From Phoronis australis (Eukaryota > Animalia > Phoronida), in contig NMRA01000444.1 of NCBI GenBank assembly GCA_002633005.1, positions 265,538-329,537 of the forward strand: a DNA stretch of 64,000 nt. Direction: 5' to 3'. Positions within the stretch are counted from its first letter, which is position 1. Each line of letters begins with the position of its first letter. The translations under genes were made by a program, and so were the position numbers. Positions 1-14,000 of this stretch are shown here, in pieces. The notes under the pieces were generated by a model, which had not been told where the DNA came from, searched no databases, and saw nothing but the letters and a program-made list of their open reading frames with translations.

Positions 1-416
1 ATGCTGTAGTGCTATGTGTAGACTCTGTAAAGAGTTTCCAAAATTTTATCCAAACGTTTGAGAATTACTAGTTTGTTTCTGAAGTCTGGATGGGAAAGTC
101 ATTAATATTTGTTAACTGTCCAAAATTGGTTTGGGTAGTGTTAGCCAAGTGTTAGCAGACTTATTAAAAACACCTGGGTTCAAATGATAACAATTAGTGC
201 CGCATATAGAGTAATGATTGACTTAAGATCTCACCAACTTCGTACAAAAATAAATGCAGAAATTTGCCTTTTGTATTTGTCATAGTCTTTAAACATTGTG
301 AGTGCCCACAATTTTCAAAATATTTTTGGTGGTTGCTATAGTAACGAATTTCTTGTCTGCCATATTGTGGCCTAAATTGGTGAGATTTTTCCAAAGTCTT
401 AAATCTTATTTTTCAG

Positions 417-3400
417 TTCTGTCAAACTGTCCTACAACTCTATTCTGCCGGATCACGTTGCCCACAAAGTACCACTGGTCATCATTCATGGTTTGTTTGG
501 CTGCAAAAACAACTGGAATAGTCTTGCCAAAGCTCTGGCACGCTCATGTTATCGTCAGGTAGATGGAGATATGAACACTGTTATATATGCCTCGTGCAAC
601 ATACTATAAACTTTTGGCTTAACACTGATGCTCACGTAAGCACCTACCCACTATTGGGAAATCAGTTGAACGCCAAATGCTTGAACTAAGGCCCTCCTGT
701 TATTTGCTGATTTTCAAAACAGTTGTACTTTCAAAATGCAGAAACGTTATCAATTTCAAGTCAAGAGTTAAGTTATGGCCAGGAGTTATGATCATTGCCA
801 GGGACACTGCTTTCTGTTTGCATTTTTTGCAGTGCATTAAAAATGGTTGTGTGGTTTAAATTTAGACATTCCTTGATTATTGTCGGCCACAGTATCTCAC
901 ACTATGCAGATTATGTTTTGAAAAGAACCATTCTTTTTTGCAGTACTAAATCCTGTCCTTGTTTGCTGCCAAATGTTGGCAACTATGAGTTTTGTATGCT
1001 GGAACTTGCTAGTGTGACCTGAATTTTATGTATAAGACCTGGGATTTTATCCAGATCACAAATGACAACCTTCTGATTTTCATAGTGCCAAGGCCTGTTG
1101 TAGGTGGCCAGGGAAATTGTTTGGGTCCAATTTACTGCCCTTGTGCTGGTAACTGCCCACCCCCAATTTCTTGAAATTACGGATTTAACCAGCCTCCTCT
1201 GGGTTAAATGCTCACCCCCTGGTTTTCAGGCTATCCAGTTTAAGCACTCAGAGCATAAACTGAGTGTTTGTGGTATTTTCATTGCTTAATATTGCTTGCT
1301 TGCAATGGAACTGATAATTGTCTAAATGCAGCTAATTTTACTTGATTCCGATGTGCTGTGAGTATACACAAATTGCCATTTGTTTAAAGCCAGTTTTGAA
1401 AAGGTCTGATATTCAGTTTATTGTTTGCCATTGATAATACACATTACTACTCAGAAAATGATAATGACCTGAACTTCTGTAATGGAGTAGACATTTTCCA
1501 TTCTTTCATATACCTTCTAAGTGATTTGCGTTTTATGTTTTTGTCATAAATACCTGTCCGTAGCATGTTTGTCTAAGGATTATCATTATCTATTTATAGG
1601 TCATCACTGTTGACTGCAGGAACCATGGCGACAGCCCACACACAGATGCCATGGACTACCCATTAATGAGTCTGGACACTGAGGTCCTTCTCAGTGAACT
1701 CAACATTAAGAAAGCTGTGGTCATGGGTCACAGTATGGGGGGGAAGGTGGCGATGACGCTGGCACTCTCAAGGGTCTGTAGTAAATGTTTGATGCAGATC
1801 TTTGATATTTTCAGATATTTGTTGAATTGTTTCACAAGGAAGCTTGGTTACATTCAGTAAGGTTTCTGTGTTGTGAATTTTGATAGAGGTCATACAAGGT
1901 CAGCATAGTGAAAACTGATAAGTTCAGGCTCTTGGTAGGACCTTATCTTATGAATGTCCCTAGTTGTTAAGAAATTAATTATTTCAGATGTGAAAATGTA
2001 TTTTTCTTTTGTAGCACAAATTTGTGAATTTGAATTTTCCCATTGTGCCAATTTGTTAAAATGTGACAGCATATTAGTAAATTTTTGCCTATTTAGCACA
2101 CAATATGACAAAAAATGAATGAAAATTATGCTTTGTTATGACGATAGATTCTATCACAAAGCAGCACTTGTCAAAATCAATTATTTGTAGCCCATGAATC
2201 AGCTTTTAAAGAATTGAAAAATGGCACTTTTACCTTCAGAATATCCGTAACTTGATTGTCTTTGATGGCAGAGGAGGCTAAAATGACTATTTTGGAAAGT
2301 TAACAATGGTTGACATTGGTCAATTGTACAAATGTTTTGTTTACTTAAACATCTGCCCTATTGTGAAAAGGCAGCTGTATGTATTAAAAGTCGGCTATGG
2401 CTCATATTTGACAATAAAAAATACTGGTTTATATGTACTGAGGTGTTGCTCTGTGCCTTAGAGCTCATGGGTGAAAATTCTAATGATAACATGGACAAAT
2501 TTCTTTCGCAAATTACATTTTGTGATTTAAATCTTTTTTGTTAATTTCAGCCCGACCTTGTAGAGAAATTGGTTGCCGTGGATATCGCACCAACCAACAA
2601 CCCTGGCGCCACAGTAACTTTCCCTTCATACATCAGGGCAATGCAAACTGTTGAGTTTGATCACTCGGTGCCGTTGTCACAAGTCAGAAAACTGGCATTG
2701 CAAAAATTAAGTCCAGCTGTACCAGTAAGCATTTTCAATGCTTTCATATGAGCATTGCCATTTGAGGATGAAGTAGTTGAAGCCTTTCCACAGTATGTTT
2801 GTAACTTACCACTGTTATGTGATCCGTGAGTTTCACTTGACTTAATTAATTCAATGATCACTGTGTGCCCTTTTGGGGGCATGGATTCAGAAGTTCCTGA
2901 GAACAATTAAATGCTTTCAGCCAAACAATCCACGATAGGTTACAATCTTGGTGACTCCTTTTGCCTCTCACTGATATATTATGCTAGAAATTTATGTATT
3001 GTTCCTTCCTTAGTGAGTTTGGTCTTTTAAGACATAGATTTTTTCTTTTCGCTTACAGTTGTGGTTGGTGTTTCTTGAGCTGGTCAGTTGTTACAGTCCA
3101 TTTATATGAAATCATTCCTTCTTGAAACCACAATTTTTGTTATTTTTGTCTAGCTGACTTAAGGTAATTTGGTAACCAATTTTGTTGCATTCTGTCTGCA
3201 GGAAGAAGATGTCCGTCAATTTTTGGTGTCCAATATTAGAGAAACGGGCACAGCATACTCCTGGCGCGTCAATTTGGATGCAATCTTCAACAACCTGGAC
3301 AAGATCGCTGGTTACCCACCATGTGAGGCCAGTTACCAGGGAGACACCTTATTCATTGGAGGAAGTAAATCAACCCACATCAGGTTTGTTTACTTTTGTT

Positions 3401-3791
3401 GTTCGGACATTTACACCAAAAGAAGTTTGGTCATGTTTTTGATACCGTTATGTTGCTATTAATGTATCTTTCTTGTTGCTTAATTGTACTAAAATATATG
3501 GTCATATGCCCCAATTAATGACAGTTTGATGTATGGTTGAAATCACAGAGCTAATATCTATGTTTTTGTGGATAAGTGGCCAATTACAGTCAAAAAGGTA
3601 CTACACAGCCTTAATGTTTGAGGTCTTTAATGAATTGTCATATTTTTTACAGTGACAGCTCTATACCAGAAATGAGGAGGTTGTTTCCTGAGTATAAACT
3701 ACTGTTCATAGAGGGCGCCGGGCACTGGGTTCACAGGGACATGCCAACAGAGTTCAGGAAAATTGTAACACGATTCTTAATAGCCAGGTGA
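417..3791 (+). CDS. ABHD11: ABHD11-like alpha/beta hydrolase (5'-partial; 5 exons visible)
   Basis: Exons 417-558, 1600-1773, 2551-2724, 3202-3383, 3653-3791 with AG/GT boundaries and compatible phases. Spliced protein has PLVIIHGLFGCKNNW (oxyanion), VDCRNHGDSPH, GHSMGGK (nucleophile elbow), LVAVDIAP, WRVNLDAI, TLFIGG and GAGHWVH, with TGA at 3789-3791. The start codon lies upstream of the window. Confidence 0.9.
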
Positions 3792-4231
3792 CTTGAGTAG
3801 TTAGTCAGGATAATAGTGATGTCTCATCTGGGCTTTATTTGATATTATGGTATTATTTATCTAGTCTATTTGTGCATTGAAAGGTTTGTTATGGAGAAGG
3901 AACTTTTGTTTCTTATGTGCATTTATGTATATTTTATATTTTATATTATATAAATACAACTGTAACAAATCCTTGTTGCTGCACTCAGAGTAAGTTACAT
4001 AACATTAAACATCACGGTTAATATTGCAAGATTTTGGGCAGTGGAGGTTTACAAAAGTTAAATATAGTTCGAAATTTATCATGGTCCTCCCTCATTTATT
4101 AAGTAACAAACCATGCTGTCATATTAGTCATTCATAAATATCACTGAGTTGGAAGTCCTTAGACATGTATAAAATTCTGGAATGTAGACTTTACTGAACA
4201 TGTATGTCAAAATGCTCCAAGTTATGATCGT

Positions 4232-4313
4232 GTCAAAGTGCACCAGGTTAGGATGGGGTCAAAGTGCACCAGGTTAGGATGGGGTCAAAGTGCACCAGGT
4301 TAGGATGGGGTCC
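4232..4313. repeat. 27-bp minisatellite x3
   Basis: GTCAAAGTGCACCAGGTTAGGATGGG(G) repeated three times. Confidence 0.9.
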
Positions 4314-5096
4314 AAGTCTTGTGTGAAGAAAAAAAGCTGCATTCGTCCTATTTGTTGTCTGTGTGAAACAAAAGTGGCGTTATAACTTCTACTATTACAA
4401 AATCGGTCTCGTAATATTCCCTACTGTGATAGCATGCTATTTTTGTTCACAACAAGAACATTGAAACCATCAGTGACTCAAGAAAATGCTTAAATGCTGA
4501 GGGAGGCCAACCCTAATTTGGAAATTCAAAAAATGTCAAATGTACGCTTTGCCTATCACTTTGGTTGATGGTGGAAATGGTATTGTGGTAAGGAATATTG
4601 GGAGGACGATTTTATGGTAGTAAAGGATCTGATTTGATTTTTCGTCTTTTTATCCAGCTTAATGGAGCGAAATGGTGCTTTAGAAACTCGTCTTTTTGTA
4701 TCAACATTTTGAAGTTGCTTAGTGATGTAGATCAAATATTCAGACCAGTTTACTCGTTTTTTAAGATGACCAAAATGTGTATACCCATAATTATGCAAAT
4801 CTTCTCTTACACTAGACTTATAACCTATCTAATGGCTGTGGTTCATGAGGGTCTGGCAGGATAAACTTATCAATACTCTTCCTGAGTTTGAGGAACACTT
4901 GTAACCAGTTTTCTAACATTAAATGATCTAAAGGAATTGTGCTTTCCATGTTCAGCTGTGTTTTGACATGAAACAGACTCCTGTGAGACTACAAGTATGA
5001 AGTGTCTCATTCAAAGATTGCAATCCAGCCCCCTCCCCCTCCCTCGTAGGTAATTCTAAGGTCTGTGTGTTCCTGGACCCTTGGATTCAAATGAGT

Positions 5097-8000
5097 TCAC
5101 CAAAACGCAAATCTCCACTTTTTCTCTTCCTGTGGGCTCCCCTTTGCTTCATCTTGTACTTTCCTGTGGATCGAGTGATCAGAAGCATGCCGTCTATGTC
5201 CATGTTGTCTCTTGATCTGTTCATTCACATTGGACGCTATCACATCATGCATGTCTTCCTGTTGAAAGAATCAACAAATTGTGGTTGAAGATCGAATTTC
5301 TTAAATATTGTCCCCTCTGTAGTATTTTAAAAGTTTTTGCTAGAACATGCATTCTCACTGAGGCATTATTTTGTCTTTTTAGGTAATGAAAACTGCTAAA
5401 TTCTTTGGTCACGGTAGGGGTTCACTTGACCACTCCATGCTGGCTTTACTTTGTTTGAAAATTAGTGATTCTGTCTGGGTCACTTTGCTTTGGTACCCTG
5501 TTCTATGAAAAACAACTTTCTCATTGTCCCCAGTAAGTCCTTTAGATCTTGCAAACATCAACTTTGAACTATTGTGTTCCAACATTTTTTATTGCCAAGT
5601 TACTGATACTCTACTGGAAGAGGTCATGACGTATTACTAACTCATATCAACAGGGCTTGAAATTTTCCTTTTCGAGAGGCTTCCATCGTTTTTTAGTTTG
5701 GATTTCGTCTTATTTAATTATCTTTTTATTCTTTTTTCGTCGCTTCATCTTTATTTTGATGTTACGCATGTGAAACGTTTATTTACACAAAAATATTTCG
5801 CTTACACCAGCCTTGTGGTCACCTGGAAAATTTTGCTCTTTTTTGTCATTGATCATTCCAAGCCCTGCAAGAGACCTCACTGAGTTAGTCCTCCACATTA
5901 TACCACCATGTGCCTCAATTGGACTTAACTATTTTAGTGTGGGCCATTTGCAGGACCATGCTTGGTGAAAATTGCTGTATGGTTTCTTTTGCCCAGTCTC
6001 TTTAGTTTTCTGGTAAGGACTATCATGTGCGCATATATTCTTTTAAAAACTAGGCTCCCTTAGTTGCCAGGACGAGTCCTCATAAATTTATTAATGTATA
6101 ATTATTGTCTGTGCCACGAAAATATTCGAATTGTGAACAATGAAACCTAGCAACAAGCTCTCAAAAGACACTTGGCTTGAGGCTGTGTATTGACAGAAAA
6201 ATAAGCAGGTTGCCCTACACGTGTACTTGACTAGACTGTCTCGAGCAGCGAATTCATTTATTTCTCATTGGCTGCACTTGATTGTCTTCCATGCTAACCC
6301 GCAGACATATCGTAGGTTTAAAAACCAGGCGTGTGTTCATTAATGCTAGGACCTACGTTAGGACCTAGCTAAAATCTAGCCAAGGGCAGGTGATATTTAA
6401 AATACACGGTCAAATCTCGCGTAATCTCGCGAAGTCTTGCTTTTTAGCGAGGTCCTAGCGTTACTGAACGGAGGCAGAAGTTGCCTCTGAAAACCAGTAT
6501 GATGTAATCCGGCGGAACCGGCGAAGTCTATCAAGTGTACCATTTTGCTCGTTTTAGTCCGTAAACAACTAGAACTCAAAATAGTTTTATGGTAAATATT
6601 GGTCGAGTGATGTCTGACATAAAGAACCTGACCATTAAAGATTCATTTCTACTCCATTTTAGAAATAATTTTTTGATAACAATCGAGGTGAAGTTCTTGC
6701 GCGAACTCGGTCTAGAAAATTGAGGGGCTCGAATTTTTGAGAATGTGGACCTTTTACCAAGATTCCCGGGGCACGTTCAAGGATCCTGTCGTTTTATTGG
6801 ACTTTTTTCTCGTTTTGTACTTTTTTGGAGTTTTTGTTTCTCTGGGGCGGACCTTTTCGCCGTTCGAGCCCCCCACCCCACCCCCCCCGGGTACGCGCAT
6901 GTGCTATAATCATTTGTGATGTAGAACTTTAAGTCCAATTGCAACACTGTTACAACAGTTTATGAACAGTGACTGCGTGAACTTCTATTGACTTTAAAAC
7001 AGTTAATTGTGAAAAAAGTATAAGTGTACTTTCGTTGACGAAACACGTGAATCTAGCTGTTGTGATTTGGCAGAAACAAAGGAAAGGGTGTCTCTAATAA
7101 AGAGTTAATCGAAAACTGTACAGAGAGTACGAGCAAGTGTACATCAAGCTGTGCAACAGGAAGTACAGTCGCGTTGTTCACTAAGTTTGCGTTAGTGAAA
7201 GGGTGCTACAGAACTTATAAATTCAGTGTAGCTTGCCAGTGCGGGAGTATGCCAAATTTCGGGTGATCATTTCTCCACCGGCAGTTGAGAGGACCTGCTA
7301 ATACTGGTAAAGCGGTGCGGTCGCCTCTTGGGCTTCTCTGGTTATAATTAGAACTTAATTGTGCAATTAGTATACAAGATGTACCTGCCATTTTTCAAGT
7401 TGTTCTGACAGCGCCATCTTTTGTTCCACCGCCTGCAGCAGTTGCCTATTCAGCGTGGTCATGTCTTGTTTGGTTTGAGCAAGCTCTTGAGCTAGTGAGT
7501 TCTTTCTGTAACGGATAAGAAAACCAGCTCCTATTTGTGACTATGGCATGGACAATTGAAATTTTTTGTAGCTTTCCTCAGTTTGTCTTGGTTTCGGTGT
7601 AAGTAATGATGTGAAAATGAAATACGTCAGGAGTTTTTGTTGCCGTTAAAAAACTCATACCAAGGTAACGGGTTTTTCATTGGTTTTCAGTCAGTGAATA
7701 GGATTCTCAATTGCCACGCGTCATAAACCTGTAGATTAAGTAGAAAAAAGAAAATATAATCTATTGTCACTTCTAAATCGTCTCCCACGCATGTGTAATC
7801 GCTCATAATGTGCTTGCAGCGAGTTCACCAGACGTCTTAGTCATCAACTATCGATTATAAAATAAATAATTTGAGAACTTGATTAAACAATGAGTCGGCT
7901 CACATTTGCATTGCCTCATCTCTTTCGTTGCGTGTCTGTTGTAATGATCTGTCTTTGGTAATTAATTCTTCTTTGTTTTGGCGGTGTTGCTAAAATAGAA

Positions 8001-11000
8001 TCGGAAGGGATACGTTGATCACCAGAAATGTAGATTTACATAGTACTTCATCATCAATACAGGGAAAATGGCCATTTGTCGACTCGACCTATTGCACAAC
8101 CCGGTGGTCCAAGTGTTTTCGTTGCTCGATTTTTCGAAAATTTTGCAGTGGGCCAGATCAGCTGTTGCCGATGAAGGGAATCTTTCTGAAGAATTTGTCA
8201 GATTTTTTTTGATTACATAAGTAAACTGTTGAAGCATTACCTGAATTCATAGATACTCACGATTAAAAGTTTAACAGCACCTTATTAAAAATTCTACAAA
8301 AAGAGTAATTATGATGTTTACGTACCTCTTTGAGCACAGTAAAATCTTGCATACTTCTGTTCAGTTGGCGATCTTTTGACGTAATTTCATCTCTTAATTT
8401 ATCCAATTGTTCCCTAGCCTCCGTTAGCTCAGATTGTAGATTGCTCACTTCTTGCGAAGCATTGTCGTTATGTTTACTCTAAAACACAACATTGCGCAAA
8501 GTTTTGATTGTGAAATGTTATCGTCAAAATTTTGTTTTGCTTGTTGACACTTGTTGATTCCTAGATTCGCATCATTCGATCCAAAGTAAGACGACAGATC
8601 TTCCACGTTACCACGAGAAAGGCTACATTCCAATGACGTAACTTGTGGTTAGGCTGTACGTGGTTTGCTCGAGATCAGCTTTTTCATATTTATTTTTTTT
8701 ATCACTTTCCACAACGGCTGTTTAACCGACTGGTCTGCTTTGTAATCCGACATCGTTCCCTTCTTATAGAAATTAAGAATTCGAACGCGGTGTAAACCAG
8801 AACCCGTCAATTTAAAATTTATCAATCAAATGAGCATTTTATATGAACGTTGTCAATTCAAAATTATTTCACCATGGTGATACGGGAAGGAGAATATAAA
8901 AGTAACATCTACCTGTTTGTTTAACATGTCTTGTATTAAGTCACTTAAATCCGCGATAACCTCCAATAAACAGGTGCTGATATTTTCTTGGTTCTCATCG
9001 GAATTCCTGGATTTCAGGTCAGCACCATGGCCTCTGAGATTATGGCACATTTCTATGAGGTTGTGGTAGGCGGTGATTGTTTCCCGTCGTAGCTGTAGGA
9101 ACAACAGACAAACGTGATATTGGCATAGTTGGACTTAAGCGCGCTCTATCCTCAACGGCAATACAATTGGTTTCAACTTGTTTCATACTTTCTTGAGGAC
9201 TGGTTTGCGTCCCAGGGAAGAATCGTCCCTTGGGCAGTGCACGGGACCATGCTTAGTACACAATATGACCCGCCGTGACAAACACCAACTTATGCAGCGG
9301 ATCTTCAGCAATGTAACCAAATGTCGGTTGTTCCCCGACGCAGGTGTCATCACTACTTTGAATAGGAGCAAGTTGAGTTCACGGGTCTCTTTCACGGTGT
9401 TGACAAGTTATCAGCACATCACAATAAGTAATTCACAGAAGTTATCTCTCTGAGTGTCTAGCAGTGGGTATTTCTCAAATACAGTTCTTCGCAATTTTGC
9501 TTTAAGTTGAATTTCCAGTATGATATGATAATGATAAGTGTTCTTACCCTGAGGTCCCCATCTTCTTCTTGAGTCTCGTTGGTTTCCATGACGTCGACGT
9601 CATAATCACGCGCGATTGCATTAAAAGAATTAGCACCTATCTGTAACATTTTCAAAACAAAACTGAACTTGTTTGTGTAACAACTTGGTATACAAATTAA
9701 CTCTGCCTTTTGTTGAAAAATGTTTTACTGTAGTCACATATGTAGGTCCGCTCATGCGCCTACGTGCGAAACACTTAATTGAGCGTTAATAACCGATAAG
9801 TATTTTAAGAATTTTATAAGAGTGAAACTTTACTAATTCGCAACGTAACACATACTAATATGTGGATAAAACACTCTCAGTGGCGAATAATTGATGTCCG
9901 CCTACGCCTGTAAGTCAGTGAACCCTAGGCCCATGCGCCCATACGCGCAACTCTTGAGTAAAACATTTTTGTTCGAAAAAGCGCATTATCCCTAGCTGTT
10001 TCACCCCTTATATCTGTAAAACTACAAAGATAGTGCAATGAGTAAGTACATGTATACTCTGGTTTAAGTTCCCCAGATTGTCTTATCGTGTTATCGCGCA
10101 TTACCAGCAATTCGTAAACTAGGTCATCCGCCAGGTTCTCTGCGTAAACTAGGTCATCGCTTTTGGACCAGGCGCTTCACTCTCCGCGTGTCTTCTGAAG
10201 AGAAGCACCAGGAAGGTTGTTCTACATTTTGTAGCCCAAAATTACCAAAGTTCAAATATATTCCGTTAAAAAGNAGGTTCTTACCGGTATTGAAGGTATG
10301 GATTCCTCGTCCTCCTCAATGTTACTGCAATCAACGTCATCTTCGTGAAATGCGTTGTGTTTGGGAGTACTTGCAGACATTGTCTCTATATATTGCAACT
10401 CCTCGAAAAGAGAGTCCCCTCGCGATTTTCGTGCGTCTAATATACAAGATCCATAGTTTGAGTCGCGTGATTGCAAGGTCAGCGTCTCTATGTTGGCTTG
10501 AAGCCGTTTATTATCATCCTCTAATCGTCTGATCTCAGTTTCTTGATTTTGAAGCTGAAACGAAATACAAGATCAAGTTATCTTCTGAGGTGTACACTGA
10601 ACGTCAACCACTTAGGTAACTGTTTAACCGCAGTAATTTCTGTTTGGTGAAAACAAAAATGTTCCTTTATCCTCGACTCGTGGGCTTATAACACTGAGTC
10701 GGATAATTGCAACAATTTTGTTTTCGATACGGTGGGCTCGTATGCACTGCAGTCATTACACGCACATGTTCTGTTGGCTGAGGACATCTGAGAAATCGTG
10801 GTAGTTGGATATCGACGCCTCTTTCGTCCCAGTGTGCATCAATGTAATCATCGCAGAACTAAGAAAGAGGCACATTTTTATTTTCATTTATTTCAATCGT
10901 CGTACCTGAAGTTGCTTTTCCTTGTAATCTCTCTCCATGACACTCCTGTGTTCGTGCAGATGTTCGAGTTGTTCGAGGGCGGTATCCCGCTCTTTACTTA

Positions 11001-14000
11001 CACTAGCCACACGTCTCTCCAACTGAGTCTTCCTTTCTGTTAGATTGTGGATCTACAGTGAGGCACAAAACAATAACAGGTCCTCAAGAAGGTGAGAAGG
11101 TAAAAAATGTTGGGGTAGTATAGAGAAAATCCACTTTGTTAAGCTCTGCCTCCTGCCGCGGTCCCCACCACTTTGGACCCCCCCCCCCACCACTGTTTTC
11201 CACTCACCTGTACTCAGTTTACTTCAAAACTTCCCCCTCATTTGAGGATTATCGGGAGCGCCGCAAACAACACCAATTGTTGCAACGGGATCCGATGAAA
11301 AATCGCCCGATCGTGTTAGGCGTCGGCCAAAGAACTCGATGAGCAGGATTAGCCGAGGATCACCGCTATGTGGCCAAGACATAATATGACAAACTCGTCT
11401 CCAAGTAGTCATTGCCATCATAGCAATCGGTTTCTACCTTCAAAACGAACTGATAAGACAACGGGGGATTGGACAACCTTTTGAAAAATTCTGTTTTTTA
11501 TCTTAATGGCCTTGGTAAACTGCTTGAGGATTTACGTAAGTTTCTTTCACCGTATGGATAGGTTTGAGATATATATTATGTAGTTTTGTAATCTTCTTTA
11601 TAATTTGTTTTTAGTATAGTGAATATGACACAAGCCGGTATCTGATAAAGCAGCGGCAAATGTGTGCTGAGAAACACGTAAAGCAAAGCTTACTTCTTTT
11701 CCCAAAACTTCCATCTGGTTGACGTGGTCATGCATCGTTGACTTTCGTAAGTGAACTTGGTCACGAAGCGCTTTTAACTGCGTGAGGTAACTTTGTTCTT
11801 GCTGAGCAGCCTGAAATAAACGAGTTTCACTTGGATCTTCCATCCTCTCGACTTAAGAACGGTAACTTTTTTCACAGGCGTACCGGTATTTACTTTTCTA
11901 ATGCAACGTCATCTCGTTATTATTACACTTTATGTGACAAGACATCGGTTACAGTAAATCGCCAGGAATAATGCTGACCCTTCATGATAAGTAACGAATG
12001 GACCCGAACTGAAGCAATTAGACCTAACGAACTGTCAAATCCTGTGAAGCCTAGAAAACTTAGTTATCTGAGTATGGAGCAAAAGCAGATTGATTGTATA
12101 ACAGAATGTGGCCATAGTCAAAGTTGGTTTTGCCCTTGAATAATAAGAAACCACAACAACTACAACAACAATGATGATGATGATTATGATTATAATAATA
12201 ACAAAACTCGTCTATCAAACCGTCATAATCATAACATCGTCATATTCATCGCAACCACAATGGTCATCACAAGCACTTCCGTCGCCGCCATGACCGACAT
12301 CGTCATCGTTTCCATCATCATTACCAACACCTCGATAATTTTTATCATCATTGCCATCGTCGTCATCTTCGTTACTGTTATCGTCGTCAGCTGTGTTCGT
12401 CGACAATCTTATCACTAGCGCCACCAACATCATTAAAAGTTGTCGTCTGCGACACGAGTATGAAAGGCATGAGTCTGTTTCGCAATCAAGTGCATTTTTA
12501 CCTGGCGCCCTCAATTTAGGCGCGCGCGTGCTCAGACTTCAAACTTATAGCTAAAGATGTACAACTGTGCCCTGGGTGGATGGTAAAAAAATCAAGTTGA
12601 AAGGGTAGAACGCAGTGCTCACGTGAGACGATGGTTTGGGCGATTTTGGTTTGCTACTATCTGTTTGCATTTCTGGATGTTGCTTTTAAGAGGCCTGGAA
12701 CGCGAAAAAGTAGACTAAATTAGTAGTTCTCTACCACTGCAGCAGAATTCAACCTGTTCACTAGGTATCTTTACGCCTTGTTCGTAAAGATTTTGAATTT
12801 TTGTTGATGTCTGAGCATTTTTCTTTTAGTTTCAAACTTCAACAAGGTCAACCTGTCAACTGCTCAACACTTCGTCGATTTTCTCCCACAAGCAAAGCAC
12901 GTCTCACCTTATTTGGTATGGCAAGACGTAGCACATTTCCCTTATATGGAAAGTGTGGCCTTTAACCTTTGATGTAAACGAACCAACGGCGACTTCAGGC
13001 AGGCAATCAAATTAAAGAAGCCTAACTGTATGAAAGTGGTTATAAAGGCATCGTACTATTCAAATTTGTTCTAAAAATGCACTTGGAATTATTTTTGAAA
13101 AATTGCTTACTTCACAGACTTGCCTTATACAGTGATGTTGACCATTCTTAGTGCAGTCACACGTACCCATCTTGCCAGTCATCTGTTTGTCGAATGACAG
13201 TGAGCGCATGCGCGCATGTATTATATGTAGGGGGGGGGGGGCGATTAGAAACTCTGTGGTGACAATGCAGTTTTTCCTTCGCGCGTATTTAAAAATGGTG
13301 AATTTTTTTACTTTTTGTGAAAATTCTCTCACAGGGAAAGTGAATAACTCTGTGGTAGACGTTACGAGAAGATACTTTGGCCTGGAAAAAGATATTTTTG
13401 TCGAGCTTTCGCGTTCCATGCCTCTTTTTGAACAAATAACAGGATCAACACGTAGTTCTAGTTACTGAGACTTTTATGATAGTTGTGAAATTATAAGAGG
13501 ACACTTTATAACACCGATAAGCCCACCAGGTCACTGTTGAGTTGGCTCTTCCTGTTAACCTGGGTACTTGACATACCTTATGTAGTTGGTCATTGAGTCT
13601 TTCGTTTTGCCGAGTCAATTCCTGTATGACGTGTTTCTTGTCTTTTTCTGAGTTATGAAACGTGGTTTCTCTTTCGTCGAGTTCCTCCCGGAGTAGGCTA
13701 TTGTCGGTTTCCAACTCTTTAATTCGGTTCTCATATTCACTTTCTCTTGTTTCCATAAGTAAATGCAAGTCATATTTTTGTTGATGCGCGTCCTACACAG
13801 GTGAAACACATGTAAAAAAATTGACATAATTATTCAAGGTGTAATGTAGGTTTTAGGTTTTAGTTATAAACCTTTGTTAAGAACTTGTTTGATGCCTCAT
13901 TCAGTCCTGTATATTTGTTAAATTCTGCTTTTCAACTCCAAAACCTTTTCTGCGATCTATTAATGTTCCCCAAGGGGTTTGTATTTTTAAAAATTTGTTG

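Noticed and set aside
11208-11421. Strong minus-strand donor CAG|GTGAGT in BICDL intron 3
   Set aside because: The frame needed to join exon 4 has a stop two codons before the donor, so no coding exon is supportable.
12215-12514. Asp-rich minus-strand ORF inside BICDL
   Set aside because: Low-complexity trinucleotide tract, and the BICDL exons join in phase without it.
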